A stretch of DNA of 64,000 nt, taken from positions 310,001 through 374,000 of the forward strand of contig NW_027590388.1 in assembly GCF_964213995.1 (NCBI RefSeq), in the 5' to 3' direction. The first letter of the stretch is position 1. Each line of letters begins with the position of its first letter. The position numbers and the translations under genes were made by a program. This stretch comes from Mustelus asterias. Its lineage: Eukaryota. Positions 50,810 through 63,171 of this stretch are shown piece by piece. The notes under the pieces were generated by a model. The model saw only the letters and a list, made by a program, of their open reading frames with translations, ran no database searches and was not told the DNA's origin.

Positions 50810-51640
50810 ACATTCCGAACAGGTACAGCACGAGGTTAGGGACGGAATACATCTCCGTGTACATAGTTCCCATCAAACACTCCCAGGACAGGTACCGCAC
50901 AAGGTTAGATACAAAGTAAAACTCCCTCCACACTGTCCTCATCAAACGCTCCCAGAACAGGTAGAGCACAGAGTAAGATACAGAGTAAAACTTGCTCTAC
51001 ACTGTCTCCATCAAACACTCCCAGGCCAGGTATAGCACAGGGTTAGATACAGTGTGAAGCTCCTTCGAGACTGTCCCCATCAAAAACTCCCAGGACAGGT
51101 ACCGGACGGGGTTACATACAGAGTAAAACTCCCTCTACACTATCCCCATCAAACACTCCTCGGACAGGTAAAGCACAGGGCTCGATACAAAGTAAACCTT
51201 CATCGATACTGTCCCCCATCAAACACTTCCAGGACAGGTACAGCTCAGGATTAGATACAGAGTACAACTTCCTCCACACTATCCCCCATCAAACATTCCC
51301 AGGACAGGTACAGCACGGTGTCAGATACAGAGTAAAGCTCCCTCTACACTGTCCCCATCAAACACTCCCAGGACAGGTACAGCACGGGGTTAGATACAGA
51401 GTAAAGCTCGCTGTACACTGTCCCCATCAAACACTCCCAGGACAGGTACAGCACGGTGTTAGATACAGAGTAAAGCTCCCTCTGCACTGTCCCCATCAAA
51501 CACTCCCAGGATAGGTACAGCACGGGGTTATATACAGAGTAAAGCTGCCTCTACACTGTCCCCATCAAACACTCCCAGGACAGGTACAGCACGGTGTTAG
51601 ATACAGAGTAAAACTCCCTCTACACTGTCCCCATCAAACA
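50810..51640 (+). repeat. 69-bp minisatellite, about 12 units (intronic)
   Basis: CCCCATCAAACACTCCCAGGACAGGTACAGCACGGGGTTAGATACAGAGTAAAGCTCCCTCTACACTGT. Confidence 0.95.
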
Positions 51641-51753
51641 ATCACCGTTGTACCGGCGGAAAACTGCTGACCTCCTCGTACCCACAGTAATGGACAGCAG
51701 TTTGTTAGGCAGAGTCAGACAGTTTTGGCGTACACGCTGGATTGAACCCCTAC

Positions 51754-51786
51754 CTTGGTTTTGTCTCCTTTTCTTTTCATTTTTAC
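51754..51786 (-). CDS. Ig-superfamily receptor, 33-nt basic juxtamembrane exon
   Basis: Polypyrimidine-TCTAG|GTAAAAATGAAAAGAAAAGGAGACAAAACCAAG|GTAGGG; KNEKKRRQNQ; phase 1-1. Confidence 0.7.
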
Positions 51787-51904
51787 CTAGACATAAGAGG
51801 CAAAATAAGAGAAAGTCAGTATCAGATGATATTGAGTCTCTGTTATCACTCCCTCCCTCTCCCCACTCTCTCCCTCTGCTGCCACCCTCCATCCCTCTCC
51901 GACT

Positions 51905-52160
51905 AAAACCCCAGTTCCAGTGCGAGATTCCCTCTTTGCCGCACAGCACCAGTGCGAGATCTCCTGTCTCTCACAGCCCAGTGTGACATCCCCTGTCCCT
52001 CACACCCCCAGTGCGAAATCTCCTCTCTCTCACACCCCCAGTGTGAGATCCCCTGTCTCTCGCACTCCCAGTGTGAGATCCCCTGTCTCTCAAACCCTCG
52101 TGCGAGGTCCCCTGTCACTCATACCCCCAGTGCGAGATCCACGACCTCTCACACTCAATG
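51905..52160 (+). repeat. ~30-bp minisatellite, about 8 units
   Basis: CCCAGTGCGAGATCCCCTGTCTCTCACACC-like units. Confidence 0.85.
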
Positions 52161-52226
52161 TTCGGGAAGCATTCTGGGATTAAGAGGAGATTGTTTGCTG
52201 CTATGAGAACAGACCCAACACTTAAC

Positions 52227-52337
52227 TGCTCTGCTGATGGCACAGATAGAAGGTGATCAGCAAAGCCGCCGTATAAACTGCCAAGAAAATTGCAGTAAGA
52301 ATAATCTTCACTTTCTGGTACTGAACTGAGGAAACAT
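52227..52337 (-). CDS. Ig-superfamily receptor, transmembrane exon
   Basis: TTTACAG| DVSSVQYQKVKIILTAIFLAVYTAALLITFYLCHQQS |GTTAAG; 111 nt, phase 1-1; the donor is weak. Confidence 0.8.
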
Positions 52338-52791
52338 CTGTAAATAGAACAATATGGAGAAAGAGAGTCGTTCAATAGCAAATGACAACAGCAGGACATT
52401 CTCTCACATGCAGTGTGTGTGCGCTTGTGTGTCTCCGTACATTTGTGTGTGTTCATATGTGTCGCGTGTGTGCAGCCTTCTTGAAACGCTGCAGTCCTCG
52501 TGCTGTGTGATCCACAATGCCATCGTGATTGTTAACATTGAGTGTCTCGCTGGGCTATTTCTGACAGCAGCTGAGAGTCAACCACATTGCTGTTTTTCGA
52601 TTCACAGGTGGACCAGTCAGGGTAAGGACTGCAGTTTTTCTTCCCTAAAGGACAGTAGTGAACCCAACCATTTCCAAAAATGGTTTCATGCCACCAGCAG
52701 ATTCTTAAATCCAGATTTTTGTTATTGAATACAAATACCACTGTCTGTGAGTGCGTGTGTGCGTGAGTGTATGTATGTGTGTGCACATAAG

Positions 52792-52922
52792 NNNNNNNNN
52801 NNNNNNNNNNNNNNNNNNNNNNNNNNNNNNNNNNNNNNNNNNNNNNNNNNNNNNNNNNNNNNNNNNNNNNNNNNNNNNNNNNNNNNNNNNNNNNNNNNNN
52901 NNNNNNNNNNNNNNNNNNNNNN
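52792..52922. other. Assembly gap within TG-rich microsatellite
   Basis: Run of N. Confidence 0.99.
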
Positions 52923-53219
52923 TGTTTGTGTGCATGAGTATGTGTGTATGAATGAAAAAAAAAATCACACTCCTGATGTTGTGCCTCCTAGATGGTGGAC
53001 AGATTGTGGGGAGTTAGGAAGCGAGTTAATTGACACAAGACTGCCTCATAGTGTCTGAGCAGTATCCTTCCTTATATCATGACGCAGAATATATTACAGT
53101 GACAGTGGTAGAATTGATCATCAACCCGCAGGTTAGGGGGGGATTCAGTGTTGGTAACGTCACTGAATGGCAAGGATTTGTTCATGCATTTGAGATGTAG
53201 TAAAACGATAGGTTGTTAC

Positions 53220-53519
53220 CTGGTTGAATTCTGATATTGTTGCTGTAGCCACAAGTTTCTCCCAAATCAACAGTCTGCTCGACTCCTGCTGCAGCTTCCT
53301 TGCATTTATAAACCGTTTCTCCAAGCTGGGAATCGAGTGTGACATCCAAAATCATCCCACCAAACTTCAGCTCATGCCTCTGATCACTGATAACCTTCTT
53401 GTTCCCTCTGAACCACTCAACAGCCGAGTCACGCAAGCTGGAACACATCAGTTCCACTTTGCATGTCCCACTGCTGGGCTGCTTTCTCTCGAGGCAAATC
53501 TGCAGCTCCCCAGCAGTAC
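53220..53519 (-). CDS. Ig-superfamily receptor, SLAM/CD2-like C2 Ig domain exon
   Basis: 300-nt phase 1-1 exon (CTAG|...CCAG|GTAACA): GTCKVELMC...VEWFR...VYKC...GETC, the 4-Cys layout of SLAM/CD2 membrane-proximal domains, plus one extra Cys. Confidence 0.8.
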
Positions 53520-54079
53520 CTAGTGTGAAAAAGAGATTCGTAACTCGAGCAGCTGGCTGCAAGCAAAGATCTATTTTTATTCTCTCACAAGGTGTGGGTG
53601 TCGCAGGCTGGAACAGCATTTATTGACCATCTCTAATTGGTCTTGAGAAGGTGGTGGTGAGCTGCCTTCTTGAACCGCGTCAGTCCCCGTGATGTAGGTA
53701 TGCCCACAGTGCTGCTCGAAAGGGTGTTTCAGGATTTTGACACAGCGACAGTGAAGGAACAGTGATATATTTCCAAGTCAGGATGCTGAGTGACTTGGAG
53801 GGGAACCTCCAGGTGGTGGTCTTTCTGCTACTCTTCTAGATGGTAGAGGTCGTGCAATTGAAGCGTGCTGTCGAAGGAATCTCAGTGAGTTCCTGCAGTG
53901 CATCGCGTAGAGGCTACTCATGGCTGCCACTGTGCGTCAGTGGTGGAAGGAGTGAATGTTATTGGAAGGGCTGCTTTATCTTTGGCCGTGTAGAGCTTCA
54001 TGGGTGTTGATGGAGCTGCACATACCAAGGCAAGAGCAGACTATTCCATCATACTCCTGACTTGTGCCTGATGGTGGGT

Positions 54080-57000
54080 CTGTCTTCACAACGGAAGACA
54101 TGAATAATGTACCAAAAGCTCTGAGAGAAACAAGTTTTAATGAAGTGCTGAAGGAAATCAGTATTTATAGCGAAATGGTTTGGGGGAAAATAATGGGATT
54201 GAACAAAGAACAAAGAAAATTACAACACAGGAATAGGCCCTTCGGCCGTCCAAGCCTGCACCGACCATGCTGCCCGACTGAACTAAAGCCCCCTATCCTT
54301 CTGGGAACCTTATCGCTGTATTCCCATCTTATTCATGTATTTGGCAAGATGCCCCTTAAAAGTCACTATCGTATCTGCTTCCACTGCCTTCCCCAGCAGC
54401 GAGTTCCAGGCACCCACCACCCTCTGTGCAAAGCACGTGCCTCATACATCGCCTTTAAACCTTGCCCCTCGCAACTTAAACCTATGCCCCCGAGTAATTG
54501 ACTCTTCTACTGTGGGAAAATAGCGTCTGACTATCCATTCTGTCCCCCTTCATGATCTTGTAGAGGTTGATCAGTTCGCCCGCTCAACGTTTGTCGTTCC
54601 AGCGAGAACAAACTAAGATTCTCCAACCTCTGCTCACAGCTAATGTCCTGCATACCAGGCAACATCCTGGTTAAAGGGTGGCAGGTAAGAAGATTGGATA
54701 GGATAGGATAGGATAGGATAAAGACAGCAAAGAATGACAAAAAGATTAATAAAGAGGGAGAATGAGAGAAAGTTATCGAGGAATATGAGAAATTGAAATG
54801 TAGTATATAATGTAACAATTTCCACAGATACTTAAAAAAGAAAAGTCAACAAAGTGAGCATTGGTCCTATAGAAAGTATGTCTGGGGAGTTGAAAAAAAA
54901 CAATAAGGAGATAGTAGATGAACTGAACCAGTATTATAAAAAAAGGTTGGTGGCACGGTGGTTAGCATTGCTGCCTCATAGCGCCAGGGACTCGGGTTCA
55001 ATTTTGGCCTCGGGTAACTGTCTGTTTGGAGTTTGCACGTTCTCCCCATGTCTGCATGGGTTTTCTCCGGATGTTCCGTTTCCTCCCACAGTCCAAAGAT
55101 GTGCGGGTTATATTGATTGGCAATGGTAAATTGACACTCTGGTCAGGGGACTTAGCAAGGTTAATATGAAGGATGAGGGGAATAGGGTCTGGGTGGGATT
55201 GTGGTCGGTGGCAGACTTGATGCTCTCAATGGCTTCCTTCTGCACTGCAGGCATTCTATTCTATGAAATTTCTTCTGCACCCTCTCCAAAACCTCCACAT
55301 CCTTCTGGTAGCGTGAAGACCAGAATTGAACACGATATTCCAAGTGCAGCCGAACTAAGGTTCTATAAAGATGCAACATGACTTGACAATTTTTAAACTC
55401 AATGCCCCGGCCGATGAAGGCAAGCATGCTGTATGCATTCTTGACTACCTTATATGAAACTACAGCACAAAACAGGCCGTTCGGCCCCACAAGTTGTGCC
55501 GAACATATCCCTACCTTCTAGGCCTACCTATAACCCTCCATCCTATTAAGTCCCATGTACTCATCCAGGAGTCTCTTAAAAGACCCTATTGAGTTTGCCT
55601 CCACCACCACTGACGGCAGCCGATTTCACTCGTCCACCACCCTCTGTGTGAAAAGGTTCCCCCTAACATTTCCCCTGTACCTACCCCCCAGCACCTTAAA
55701 CCTGTGTCCTCTCGTAGCAGAGATTTCCACCCTGAGAAAAAGCCTCTGAGAGTCCACTCGATCTATGCCTCTCAACATCTTATACACCTCTATTAGGTCT
55801 CCTCTCATCCTACGTCTCTCCAAGGAGAAAAGACCGAGCTCCCTCAGCCTATCCTCATAAGGCATGCCAGTCAATCCAGGCAACATCCTTCTAAATCTCC
55901 TCTGCACCCGTTCAATCTTTTCCACATCCTTCCTATAATGAGGCGACCAGAACAGAGCACAGTACTCCAAGTGTGGACTGACGAGGGTCTTATATAGCTG
56001 CATCATTATCCCCGGACTCCTAAACTCAATCCCTCGATTGATAAAGGCCAGCACACCATACGCCTTCTTAACCACCTCCTCCACCTCTGGGGCCAATTTT
56101 AGAGTCCTATGGACCCGGACCCCAAGGTCCTTCTGATCCTCTACAGTACGAAGAGTCTTTACCTTTATATTGTACTCCTTCATCCCATTTGACCTGCCAA
56201 AATGGACCACTACGCATTTATCTGGGTAGAAGTCCATCTGCCACTTCTCCACCCAGTCTTGCATCCTATCTATGTCCCTCTGTAACTTCTGACATCCGTC
56301 CAGACTATCCACAACCCCACCAAACTTCGTGTCGTCGGCAAACTGACCAACCCATCCCTCCACGTCCTCATCCAGGTCATTTATGAAAATGACAAACAGC
56401 AAGGGTCCCAGAACAGATCCCTGGGGCACACCACTGGTGACCGACCTCTATTTAGAAAAATCTGTACCCACTCTCTGCCTCCTCTGGGCAAGCCAGTTCT
56501 GGATCCACAGGGCAGCAGCCCCTTGGATCCCATGCCCTCTCACTTTTTCTAGAACCCTTGCATGGGGGACCTTATCGAACGCCTTGCTAAGATCCATATA
56601 AACCACATCTACCGCTTTCCCTTCGTCACTGTGTTTAGTCACATTTTTCAAGAACTCCACCAGGCTCGTAAGGCACGATCTGCCTTTGACAAAGCCATGC
56701 TGAGTATTCTTGAGCATACTAAACCTCTCTAAATGCTCATAAATCTTGTCCCACAGGATCTTCTCCATCAGCCTACCAACCACTGAGGTTAGACTCACCA
56801 GTCGGTAATTTCCTGGGCTATCCTTAATCCCCTTCTTGAAAATAGGAACCACATCCGCAATCCTCCAATTCTCCGGCACCTCTCCCGTCTCCATCGACCT
56901 TCTCCACCTGCGTTGCCACTTTCAGTGACTTGGATATCTGCACACCCAGATCCCTCTGCCTGTCAATATTCTTAAGGGTTCTGCCATTTACTGTATATTT

Positions 57001-59900
57001 CCCATCTATATTAGACTTCCAAAATGCATTACCTCACATTTGTCCATTAAACTCCATCTGCCATCTCTCCGCCCAAATCTCGAACCATTCTATATCCTGC
57101 TGTATCCTCTGACAGTCGTCACTGCGATCCACAATTCCTCCAATTTTTGCATCGTCTGCAGACTTACTAATCAAACCAGTTACATTTCCCTCCAAATCAT
57201 TTATATATATTACAAGCATCAAAAGTCCCAGCATTGATCCCTGAAGAACGCCACTTGTCACAGCCCTCCATTCAGAAACGCACCCTTCCATTACTACCCT
57301 CTGTCTTCTATGACCGAGGCAGTTCTGCATCCATCTTGCCAGCTGATCTCTGATCCCGTGCGACTTAACCTTCTGTACCAGTCTGCCATGAGGGACCTTG
57401 TCAAAGGCCTTACTGAAGTCCATGTAGACAACATGCACTGCCCTACCCTCATCAATCATCTTCGCCACTTCCTCGAAAAACTCGATTAGCTAAGTGAGAC
57501 ACGACCTCCCTATCACAAAACCATGTTGTGACTCACTAATACGTCCACTTATTTTCAAGTGGGAGTAAATCCTGTCTCGAAGAATGCTCTCCAATAATTT
57601 CCCCACCATTGGCTGAAGGCTCACCGGCCTTTAATTACCTGGTTTATCCTTACTACCCTTCATAAACAAAGGAACAACGTTATCCAATCTTCTGGGACCT
57701 CCACTGTACTAGTGAGGATACAAAGATTTCTCTCAAGTCCTGAGCAGTTTCCTGCCTTGCATCTCTCAGTATTCTGGGGTGTTTCCCATCAGGCCCCGTG
57801 GACTCGTCTAATTTAGTGCTTTTCAAGAACCCAATATTACCTCCTTTTTGGTCTCATCATGACCCAAACTATCTACACACACTTCCCCAGACTCATCATT
57901 AAGCAAGTCCTCCTCTTTTGTGAAAACTGACGCAAAGTATTCATTTAATACCGCGCTCATTTCCTCTTTTCCTCCAGCTCCATGCATAGATCCCCTCCCC
58001 TGTCCTCCTCCAGGTTCCTTGCTTTCTCTTCATATATGCATAAAAAGGATTTTCCTTAATCTTGCTGGCCAATTACTTTTTGTTACCCCTTTTAGCCCTC
58101 CTTACTCCTTGCTTGAGCTTCTTTCTACTTTTCTTGTATTCCACTTCTCCTTCGTGTGTTCCCATTCTCCTAGCCTTGACAAATGCTTCCTTTTTCTCCA
58201 GCCAAAAGAGAACATGCTGGAAAATCTCAGCAGGTCTGGCCGCATCTGTAAGGAGAGAAAAGAGCTGATGTTTCGACTCCAGATGACCCTTTGTCAAAGC
58301 TAAAAGACATAGAAAGTCAAAGATATTTATAGTGCAGGGTGAGGAAATGAAACATGAGTCATCGCCACAGGAACCATGAGCTTCCTTTTTTCTCTTTGAC
58401 TAGGCTCACAATATCTCTCACTATCCAAGTTTGCTGAAACTTGCCACAATTACCCTTCAGCCTCATAGGAATGTGCCAGTCCTGAATTCCTACCAACTTG
58501 CAGTTGAAAACCTCCACATGTCAGAAATTGATTTGCCCTCAAATATCTGCCCCAATCTATATTCTTCAATTCCTGCCTAATAATGTTGTAATTCGCCTTC
58601 CCCTAATTTAGCACCTTCACTTGAGGACTACACTTATCTTTATCCATCAGTACCTTGAAGCTTACTGAATTGTGGTCACTGTTCCCAAACTGCTCTCCTC
58701 CTGAAACGTCGTCACCTGGCCAGGCTCATTCCCCAATAACAGGTCCAGTATGGCTCCTTCCCGAGTTGGACTATCGACATAATAGTTCAAGACATCCTCC
58801 TGGATGTGCCTTACAAACTCTGCCCCATCCACGTCGCGAGCACTAAGTAGTCCCAGTCATTTTGGGGAAGTTAATATCTCCCTCCACAGCAACCCTGTTA
58901 CTTTTGCACCTTGCCAAAATCCGCCTATATATCTGTTCCTCTGTCGCTGGCTTTTAGGGGGACTACAGTAAACCCCCAGCGTTGTGACTACACCCTTCCT
59001 ATTCCTGAGCTCTACCCATGTTGCCTCGCTGTATGAGTTCTCTGAGGTGTCCTCCCACAATACATTTGTGATATTCTCCAGTAGTGTAACTCCCCCAACC
59101 CTTTTAGATCCCCCTCTATCCCACTGAAAACATCTGTATCCTGGAACGTAAAGCTGCCAATCCTGTCCTTCCCTTAGCCAAGTCTCTAATGGCAACAACA
59201 TCATAATTCCAAGTATTAATCCAAGCCCTAAGTTCTTACCTGTTACACTTCCCGCATTGAAACAAATGTACATCAGTCCACCAGAACCTCTTTGATGAGC
59301 AACCACACTCTGCCTGCTCTTTCTCTGAATTTTACTGGACCTACTCTCCAGTCCTCCTTAAGTGGGCGGCATGGTGGCACAGTGGTTAGCACCGCTGCTT
59401 CCCAGCGTGATGGACCAGGGTTCGATTGCCTTCTTGGGTTACTGTCTGTGTGGAGTGTGCACGTCCTCCCCATGTCTGCGTGGGTTCCTTCAGGGTGTTC
59501 CGGTTTCCTCCCACAGTCTGAAAGACGTGCTGGTTAGGTGCATTGATCCGAACAAGTGCCAAGTGCGGTGACTAGGGGAATTTCACCGTCACTTAATTGC
59601 AGTGTTAATGTAAGCCTTATTTATGACTAATAAATGAACTATTACTTTAAGTTAATTCACCTTTGCTTTGGTTCCTATCCCCTGCCAAAGTACTTTAAAT
59701 CCTCCCGTGTGATACTAGCAAACCTCCCGGTCAGAATATTAATGCCCCTCCAGTTTAGATACAAGCCGTCCTTGTACAGATCCCACCTGTCCCGTAAGAG
59801 ATCCCAGTGGTCCAGATATCTAAACCCTTCCCCGTACACCAGTTGTTGAGCCACATGTTGAGCTGTACTACCTTCCAATTTCTCGCCTCACTGGTACATA
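54080..59900 (-). mobile_element. Nested CR1 LINE fragments (RT, APE, ORF1 esterase-like) with SINE insertions
   Basis: RT ORFs 55626-56894 and 57034-57468; endonuclease-like 58857-59306; GFRYLDHW...DGLYLN at 59675-59878; HE1 copies at 54948-55265 and 59365-59630. Confidence 0.85.
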
Positions 59901-59904
59901 GCGC

Positions 59905-60975
59905 AGGGTCACTGTCTGTGTGGAGTTTGCACATACTCCTCGTGTCTGCGTGGGTTTCCTCCGGGCGCTCCGGTTTCCTCCCACAGTCCAAAGATGTGCG
60001 GGTTAGGTTGATTGGCCAGGTTAAAAATTGTCCCTTAGAGTCCTGGGATGCGTAGGTTAGAGGGATTAGCGGGTAAAATATGTGGGGGTAGGGCCTGGGT
60101 GGGATTGTGGTCGGTGCAGACTCGATGGGCCGAATGGCCTCCGACTGCACTGTAGGGTTTCTATGTCTTCTATCTAGGTAATAATCCTGAGATTACAATC
60201 CTAGAGGTCCTGCTTTTTAACATTCTATCTAACTTCCTAAACTGCTGCAGGATCTCATCACTCTTTCTAAAATGGTCTCTGGGGCCTTATAATCTTCATC
60301 TCAGAGTACATAACGGAACAGCCCTAGAGGGGGGTGGCACGGTGGCACAGTGGTCAGCTCTGTTGCCTCAAAGCTCGAGCTTTAATTCCAGCCTCGATCA
60401 CTGTCTGTTTAGAGTTTACACGTTCTCCCCGTGTCTGCGTGGGTTTCCTCCGGGTGCCCCGGTTTCCTCCTACAGTCCAAAGTTACAGAGTTAAAGGTTC
60501 CAACAGTGCAGAAGGAGGCCATTCGGCCCATCAAGTCTGCAAGGAACGCAATCCCACCCAGGCTCTATCCCCGTAACCCCATGTATTTAACCAAGCTAGT
60601 CCCTCTGACACTATGGGGCACTTTAGCATGGCCAATCCACCTAACCCACACATGCTTGGAATGTGGGAGGAAATCGGAGCACCTGGAGGAAATCCACGCA
60701 GACACGGGGAGAACGTGCAGACTCCGCACAGACAGTAACCCAAGCCAGGAATCGAACCCAGATCCCTGGCGATGTGAGGCAGCTGTGCTAACCACTGTGC
60801 CACCGTGCCGCCTGCAGATTAGGTTTATTGGCCATACTAAATTGACCCGAGTGTCAGGGGATTGGCAGGGTAAATATGTGGGGTCATGGGAATAGGGTCT
60901 GGGTGGCATTGTGGTCGGTGCAAACTCGATCGGCCAAACGGCTTCTTTCAGAACTGTATGAATTCTGTGATTCTA
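59905..60975. mobile_element. Cluster of nested HE1-type SINEs
   Basis: Copies in both orientations; one reverse copy is nested in a forward copy at 60335-60970. Confidence 0.85.
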
Positions 60976-61009
60976 TGAAATAGGGACACATTTGGTGTCA
61001 TTTTCCAGT

Positions 61010-62265
61010 TCTTTGGTCTCTGGACTGGTTCCTGCAGATTGGAGGGTAGATAATGTAAGCCCGCGATTCAGAAAATGGGGTAGAGAGAACAGGGTACTAT
61101 GGACCAATGAACCTGACATCAGTATTGGCGAAGGAGCTGGAGTCCGTTTATCAAGTATTTCAAAACTCAGCAGTTGGAAAACAGTGGTATAATCAGGCAA
61201 TGCCAGCATCTATTTACAAAGGAGAAATCATGCTTGGTGAATCTATTGGAATTATTTGAGAATGTAACCATTCGAGGAGAACTAGAGAAGGTGGTTTATT
61301 TGGACTTTCAGAAGGCTTTTAACAAGTTAGTGTTTTGAGATAGATAGAGAGCTGATTAGCAGGCAGGAAACAGAGTTAGCATAAATGGGTCTTTTTTCGA
61401 TTGGCAAGCAGTGACTCGTGGACTACTGCAGGGATCGGTGTTGGGATCCCAACTGTTCACATAAAAGATTGATGATTCGGAAGAGGGAACGAAATGTACT
61501 AGCTCCAAGTTTGCAGATGACAAATTATGGTGGGAGGGTGAGCTGTGAGGGGGATGCAGGGATTCTTTAATCTGATTTGGACAGGCTGAATGAGTGCGCA
61601 TACGCATGGCAGATGCAGTACAACGTGGACAAATGTGAGATTATCCACTTTGGTGGCAATAATAGGAAGACAGATTATTGTTTGAATGGTTGTAAACTGA
61701 GAGAGGTGGATTCTCACCGAGACCTTGGTGACCTCGTGCATCAGTTGCCGAAAGTAAACACTGAGGCACTTAGCAGGCAGTAAAGAAGGCAAATAGTATG
61801 TTGGACTTCATAGCGAGAGATAAGAGTGTCGGAATAGGGATGTTTTATTGCAATTGTGTCGGGTGTTGGTGAGGCCACACTTGGAGTACTGTGTGCAGTT
61901 TTGGTGTCCGTATCTGAGGAAGGGTGTCCTTGCTATAGGAGGCAAGCACCAAAGGGTTACCAGGCTCATTCCTGGAGTGGCAGGTCCGTCATGTGAGGAG
62001 AGACTAAATCAGTTACGCTTATATTCACTGGGGTTTAGAAGAGTGAGAGGGGATCTCATAGGAATTATTAAATGGCGGGGGAGTCCAGAATTAGGTGTCG
62101 TACTTTGAGGATAAGGGATGAACTGATTAAGACTGAGGTGATTAAAAATGTCTTCACCCAGAGAGTGGTGAATCTGTGGAATTCAATGTGACAGCAAGGA
62201 GTTAAGTCCAAAACGTTGTGTGATTTCAAGTTATTAGATATAGCTCAAGGGATCAAGGGATATGC
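61010..62265 (+). mobile_element. Old CR1 LINE RT fragment
   Basis: KFADD and RPHLEYCVQFW motifs. Confidence 0.8.
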
Positions 62266-62569
62266 GGGGGGTTGGGGGGGGCGGGTGAGGTGGTGGGGGG
62301 ATGGTTGAGGGAGGGGGTGATCAGTTTCTGAGTATCTGACTGAGAAGATGAGTGGTTATGCTGTAGCAATGAGAGGCAAACATAAGAAATATTTCTAAAA
62401 TCAACAAATGAGACGCCATCAAATCTGAATTTCAAATTGAGCCTGAGGGTTTTTAAAGTCTTAATCAAAGGGATTTCAGGAAAAGGTGAGCAGATGATGT
62501 TTGATCTCAAAGTAGACAAGATCATGTTGAAAAGCTCAACAGTTTTGTACTGCCTGTCCTCAACTGCCT

Positions 62570-63165
62570 CACACTCAGACCCTTCCTCACACTCACACAC
62601 ACCCCTCTCACCCTCCTTCATACACCCTCTACTATATAAGCACCCTCCATCACAAGCTCACCACCTCCCCCTCACATTATCTCCCTCACACCCCCCCACC
62701 CCTTCTCCCTCACCCCCTCTCCTTATGCACCCTCACTTATACCGTCACCCGCCCTCACAATCACACCCACCTTCGCACCCTGTCCTGCTTATACCTTCTC
62801 CTTCCCTCACATCCTTTCCTTCACACCTGCTTCCTCATGTGTATTCTCCTTCATACTCACCCCCTCTGCCACACTCTCCCCTTCCCTCTCCCTCACACAC
62901 TCTCCCTCACACTCACACCATCCTTCAGGCTCACCGTTCCTCTCGCTCAGTCACATTCACTCACGCTGGTGCTCACTCACAACTCACACCTTTTCCCTCT
63001 CATACCTTCTCCCACCCTCTCATCCTTTCCTGCACACTCGCCCTCCTCCGCACTTATGCCATCCCACGCCCTCATCCCCTCTCCCCCACACTCACCCTCT
63101 TCCCGCACTCTCGCCCCCTGCCCTCACACGCCCTCACCCCCTTCCTCATCCTACCACTCCGCACT
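62570..63165 (+). repeat. C/T/A-rich low-complexity tract
   Basis: CCCTCAC/CTCACAC-like motifs with few G. Confidence 0.85.
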
Positions 63166-63171
63166 CTCGAG

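Noticed and set aside
50810-51640. Regular 69-bp array resembling a CRISPR
   Set aside because: The whole unit repeats with no unique spacers; eukaryotic minisatellite.
51790-51845. Plus-strand exon RHKRQNKRKSVSDD
   Set aside because: Antisense of the polypyrimidine tract of the minus-strand 33-nt exon; no donor and no partner exons.
51905-52160. CCCAGTG units as possible RSS heptamers or D segments
   Set aside because: Lack the invariant CAC and any nonamer at 12/23 spacing.
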